A DNA stretch of 64,000 nucleotides from an uncultured Arcobacteraceae bacterium. GTDB taxonomy: Bacteria > Campylobacterota > Campylobacteria > Campylobacterales > Arcobacteraceae. The notes under the pieces are model-generated. The model saw only the letters and a list, made by a program, of their open reading frames with translations, was not told where the DNA came from and did not search any database. Position 1 is the first letter of the stretch, and each line of letters starts with the position of its first letter. Where the stretch lies: contig CAXHZO010000002.1 of the NCBI GenBank assembly GCA_964022095.1, positions 288,001 to 352,000 on the forward strand, given 5' to 3'. Shown here piece after piece: positions 60,143 through 64,000 of this stretch. Position numbers and translations under genes: made by a program.

Positions 60143-61480
60143 TTGACAAATAGGTTTTCAAAAGTAGGATTTATTTTAGCAGCTGCAGGTTCAGCTGTAG
60201 GTTTAGGAAATATATGGAAATTTCCATATATAGCTGGTGAGTTCGGTGGTGGTGCATTTGTAATAGTCTATTTACTATGTATTTTATTTATTGGTTTGAC
60301 GGTTTTTATTGCTGAAACATATATTGGGCAAAGTGCTCAGTCTAATGTTGCAACTGCGTTTATTGATACTTCAAAAAACAAAAATCAAAATTGGAAATTT
60401 GCATCGTTTATGATTTTTGCAGGTTTAATTATACTATCTTTTTATTCTGTAGTATTAGGTTGGATTTTAAATTACGTAATTATTTCATTTGGTGCATTGC
60501 CAAGTGATACTAAAGTTGCTGCATCAACTTTTGAAAATCTTTTAGGAAATGAAATTCTTAAACAACTTATATATCATACTATTGTTTCAATTACTGTTTT
60601 ATATATAGTTTTAAAAGGTATTAAAGCAGGTATAGAAAAAATCAATTTAATTTTAATGCCTTTACTAGCACTTATTTTGTTTGGCTTATTTTTATATGCA
60701 TTTTCACTTGATAGTTTCTCAAAATCACTTGAGTTTATGTTTACACCTGATTGGTCAAAAATAAATCAAGATGCATTATTAGCAGCACTTGGTCAGGCAT
60801 TTTTTACACTTTCTCTTGGAATTGGTACGATTTTAACATACTCTGCCTCTCTTCCAAAAGATGCTAATTTTGTAAAATCTTCTATAAATGTAGCTATCGT
60901 TGATACTTCTATTGCATTAATTGCTGGGTTAATTATATTTGCATTTTTATTTGAAGCTGGAGCAAAAAGTAGTGCTGGACCTGGACTTGTATTTATTTCT
61001 CTTCCTGTGATATTCTCACAATGGGGAGTGCTAGGAAATGTTATTGCAATTTCATTTTTTGTTGCATTAATTTTTGCAGGAATTACATCAGCAGTTTCTA
61101 TGATAGAACCATCACTTAGATTTTTTACGGAAAGATTTAAGATGACTAGAAAAAAAGCTACTATTATAACTGGATCAATATTTTACTCATTAGGTATTAT
61201 TGCATTACTTTCTATGTCAAGTTCATATAAGGCATCTTTAACATTTTTTGGGAAGAATGCATTTGATTGGATGGATTATATAACATCTTCTATTTCTATG
61301 CCATTAGCAGCTATAGTTACTTGTATATTCTTAGGATATTTTGTTGATAAAAATAGAATAAAACAAATTTTTGAAAAACATGTATCAACTTTTGTTTTTG
61401 AAGTATGGTATATCTTAGTTAAATATATTGTACCTATTGCTATTACATTACTTTTCCTAAATAAATTAGGTGTAATATAA
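60143..61480 (+). CDS. Sodium-dependent transporter, NSS/SNF family
   Basis: GSAVGLGNIWKFPY..G..GGGAF, QAFFTLSLG, GPGLVF. Confidence 0.93.
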   Translation: MTNRFSKVGFILAAAGSAVGLGNIWKFPYIAGEFGGGAFVIVYLLCILFIGLTVFIAETYIGQSAQSNVATAFIDTSKNKNQNWKFASFMIFAGLIILSFYSVVLGWILNYVIISFGALPSDTKVAASTFENLLGNEILKQLIYHTIVSITVLYIVLKGIKAGIEKINLILMPLLALILFGLFLYAFSLDSFSKSLEFMFTPDWSKINQDALLAALGQAFFTLSLGIGTILTYSASLPKDANFVKSSINVAIVDTSIALIAGLIIFAFLFEAGAKSSAGPGLVFISLPVIFSQWGVLGNVIAISFFVALIFAGITSAVSMIEPSLRFFTERFKMTRKKATIITGSIFYSLGIIALLSMSSSYKASLTFFGKNAFDWMDYITSSISMPLAAIVTCIFLGYFVDKNRIKQIFEKHVSTFVFEVWYILVKYIVPIAITLLFLNKLGVI

Positions 61481-62698
61481 ATAAATATTAAAAAACACAG
61501 TAAGAAGGTTTAACAAATAAAAAGCCTTCTTACTTCTTGTACTGAATAATGACACCAAAATAAATAGTATAAAAAACCAACTAGGTGTTATAACATCAAA
61601 AACATTAATCTTATAATCTATAAAAGATATCAAATATCCATCTAAAATAGAGCTAAAACCTAAAATATGTATAAGAATCTCAAATGGATAAAATACAGTA
61701 AATGCAATACTAATAAATGGAGAAAATAATTGCTCATATGTTGTTTGGTAGAAAAAATAGTGAACTATTGGATTAAAAATAAAAAATATCCAGAAATTAA
61801 AAAATATTAGTTGAAAATACTTATTAACGTCAACAAAATATTTTAAATATAAAAATATATAAAATACAGCACTAATTGAAAACCAAAAACCAATTGAAAA
61901 TAAATAGTTTGGAAAAAGTGTTATAACTGTTATTAAGGTAATACCTAATGTTTGGAAACTAATTATCTTAATATTATTGCGCAAAAGTACATAACCAATA
62001 ACTAGCATCACAAAAGCCCTTAGTAAAGAAGGTATAAACCCTGTGAATATTAAATATAAAAATATTAAAGTTATTGTAAATAAAACTATATCTGCTTTTT
62101 TATTTCTATATGGAAAGTAGTATCTATGAATTAAGCTATAAGGATAATAAGAGATTATATATACTATAAAACTCAATACTGCAATATGAAAACCAGATAA
62201 GGCTATTAAATGGCTAATAGAATAGTTTGTAAATACTTCTCTTAAGTTACTGTTAGTTGGAATTGCTAAAAATAATGCATTAAAAATCTCAGAGATATTG
62301 GAATTATAATGCATATCAGTAATTTTATTTGATAAATTTTGTCTAAATGTTGAAATATTCAATTTTTCATAGGATATATTCTTTGCATAAAAACCTTTTA
62401 AATAATCTAAAAAAGTAATATGCTTTGTAATAAATATAATAGTTATATAATCAAGTTTATTTATTGAATTTTCTTTAGGAATTGATGTAAAAAATTCATA
62501 ATTATCACTTTTTAATTTTAAAACATCATAATGTTGTTTTTCATAAATATTTAATACTTGAACTTTGTCTTTATAAACTTCTTCATAAACTAAATCTAAA
62601 TATTTTGAAAAATATATTGATAAGTTAATAAAGAAAAACAGACTCATAAAAGCCATAAATACTAGTTTTTTATTGTTTAGAATGGAAAAAATAAACAT
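61466..62698 (-). CDS. comEC: ComEC/Rec2 family competence membrane protein
   Basis: SHLIALSGFH, PSLLRA, GFWFS. Confidence 0.85.
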   Translation of the reverse strand: MFIFSILNNKKLVFMAFMSLFFFINLSIYFSKYLDLVYEEVYKDKVQVLNIYEKQHYDVLKLKSDNYEFFTSIPKENSINKLDYITIIFITKHITFLDYLKGFYAKNISYEKLNISTFRQNLSNKITDMHYNSNISEIFNALFLAIPTNSNLREVFTNYSISHLIALSGFHIAVLSFIVYIISYYPYSLIHRYYFPYRNKKADIVLFTITLIFLYLIFTGFIPSLLRAFVMLVIGYVLLRNNIKIISFQTLGITLITVITLFPNYLFSIGFWFSISAVFYIFLYLKYFVDVNKYFQLIFFNFWIFFIFNPIVHYFFYQTTYEQLFSPFISIAFTVFYPFEILIHILGFSSILDGYLISFIDYKINVFDVITPSWFFILFILVSLFSTRSKKAFYLLNLLTVFFNIYLYYT

Positions 62699-62767
62699 AA
62701 ATATTATTATACATAAATCTTATTTATATGATATAATTATTCTTCATACAAACACAAAGGATTTCCT

Positions 62768-63682
62768 ATGGGTGAAAAACTAGTTCTAGGTCCTTTATTA
62801 TCAGTTGAAAGTGATGATAAATATGTGGTATGTTTTTTAACTAAAACAGAATCAAGTTTTTCTGTTCAATTTAATGAAACTAAAATTGAAGCAAAGAAAA
62901 TAGCTAATTTGAAATCTGGTTTTTTTTATAGAGTTTGTCATAATATTAAACAAACAGACAAATCTAAAAAAATTAATTATAAAATAATAGATACAAACTA
63001 TGGTAGAGTTGTAAAAGATTTTAACAATAGAAATAGTTGGGAGTTTTATATTCCTGCAATGAAAGAAAAAATCAAATATTTACAACTATCTGCGAATGAA
63101 ATAACCAATATAAGTATCGAAGAGCTAACTCATTCTTACTCCTTATTACTGCTAGATGGTAATCATATAAATGCAAATAAAATATGGTCTGATATTACAG
63201 AGCTTTTTATTTGGACAAAACTTAATAAAACTCAAAGAGCCAAAGTAAAAACATCTAAAAAACTATTAGAAAAACTAAATAGATTTTATGAAATACAATA
63301 TTTAAAAAAATGGAATAACAAACACTTATCTTTAGCTCTTGCTTCTATTCCTACTTTAATGATGTGGGATAATAATGATATATTTGAAGGATATGAAGCA
63401 TCATCTAAAGAGGTTTTAAATTGTGATATCTGTAAAAATATACTTAAAACAGCAAGAAAGTATTTTGAAATATTTCAATTAAGAACTATAAAAAATCAAA
63501 CTTTAATAAAAAAAGATAGAACAGACTTCTCTTTAGCTTTTAAATTTCGAAACCAATATATAATAGCTTTAGATAAATTTTCGCAAGATAATAGATGTTT
63601 AAATATAGAAGAAAAAAATATAGATTATTTTGGAGATAATACCACAGTTTTAGTATTAAATAAAAAGAAGAGAGCTTTTTAA
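62768..63682 (+). CDS. PhoD-like (alkaline phosphatase D fold) protein, degenerate and shortened
   Basis: IPTLMMWDNNDIFEGY resembles MWDDHD(I)FDGW; LLDGNHINA resembles GGDQIYAD. Confidence 0.6.
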   Translation: MGEKLVLGPLLSVESDDKYVVCFLTKTESSFSVQFNETKIEAKKIANLKSGFFYRVCHNIKQTDKSKKINYKIIDTNYGRVVKDFNNRNSWEFYIPAMKEKIKYLQLSANEITNISIEELTHSYSLLLLDGNHINANKIWSDITELFIWTKLNKTQRAKVKTSKKLLEKLNRFYEIQYLKKWNNKHLSLALASIPTLMMWDNNDIFEGYEASSKEVLNCDICKNILKTARKYFEIFQLRTIKNQTLIKKDRTDFSLAFKFRNQYIIALDKFSQDNRCLNIEEKNIDYFGDNTTVLVLNKKKRAF

Positions 63683-63999
63683 GCCTTCTTCTTCCAAATT
63701 GACATTTGAGAAATTGTGTGTTGATATTTTCTATTTGTCTCTTTTATTACAAATGGAACATCAATAGTTTCAAGTAGTTCAAAACTTTCAAGTTCTGTTT
63801 TTAATGTGTCTAAAGTATATACTTCTTTGTTATCTTCAATATATCCACCAAGCCAATTTTGTTTTGGTGTATACTCTTCTAACCAAGTATATGGACTAAG
63901 TAGTACTAATAATCCATTATCATTTATTCTAGTAGGAATATCTTCTAAGAACTTTTTTGGATAGTATAATCTGTCTATTAAGTTTGAACAGAAAATTAA
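63679..63999 (-). CDS. ovoA: 3' end of ovothiol synthase OvoA (C-terminal methyltransferase domain); gene runs off the window
   Basis: Translated by hand: ...NLIDRLYYPKKFL...LSPYTWLEEYTPKQNWLGG...DVPFVIKETNRKYQHTISQMSIWKKKA*. Confidence 0.8.
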   Translation of the reverse strand, partial: LIFCSNLIDRLYYPKKFLEDIPTRINDNGLLVLLSPYTWLEEYTPKQNWLGGYIEDNKEVYTLDTLKTELESFELLETIDVPFVIKETNRKYQHTISQMSIWKKKA

Positions 64000-64000
64000 A

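Noticed and set aside
1-64000. CRISPR array, rRNA, tRNA, IS element, integrase or prophage
   Set aside because: No regularly spaced repeats, no GC-rich structural RNA blocks and no transposase, integrase or phage-like ORFs seen by eye; a covariance-model scan was not run

Overview
Very AT-rich, gene-dense bacterial chromosome segment. Gene content (Cj0371/Cj0372-type gene pair, tatB-tatC-queA, nadE-DegT-lpxK, CZB-domain chemoreceptors, extended -10 promoters) points to Campylobacterota, most likely a free-living or marine Arcobacteraceae. About 75 CDSs, mostly housekeeping, signalling (3 diguanylate cyclases, 2 chemoreceptors, an OmpR/HK pair) and transport (TonB receptor plus ABC uptake operon). 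I see no rRNA, tRNA, CRISPR array, transposase or integrase. The notable signals lie between or inside the called ORFs: (1) a probable internally deleted DMSP-lyase (dddY-like) remnant upstream of an enoyl-CoA hydratase; (2) a strongly RBS-flanked 61-aa ORF directly upstream of a TonB receptor where no riboswitch is recognisable; (3) a candidate ~47-nt sRNA with an anti-Shine-Dalgarno-like loop; (4) a decaying TonB-receptor/polyferredoxin module with a shared 11-bp-periodic promoter motif; (5) a nonsense-interrupted CZB chemoreceptor; (6) several intact genes with degenerate active sites; (7) the 3' end of an ovothiol synthase (ovoA) at the right edge. All product calls are from motif recognition by eye; no database search was run.
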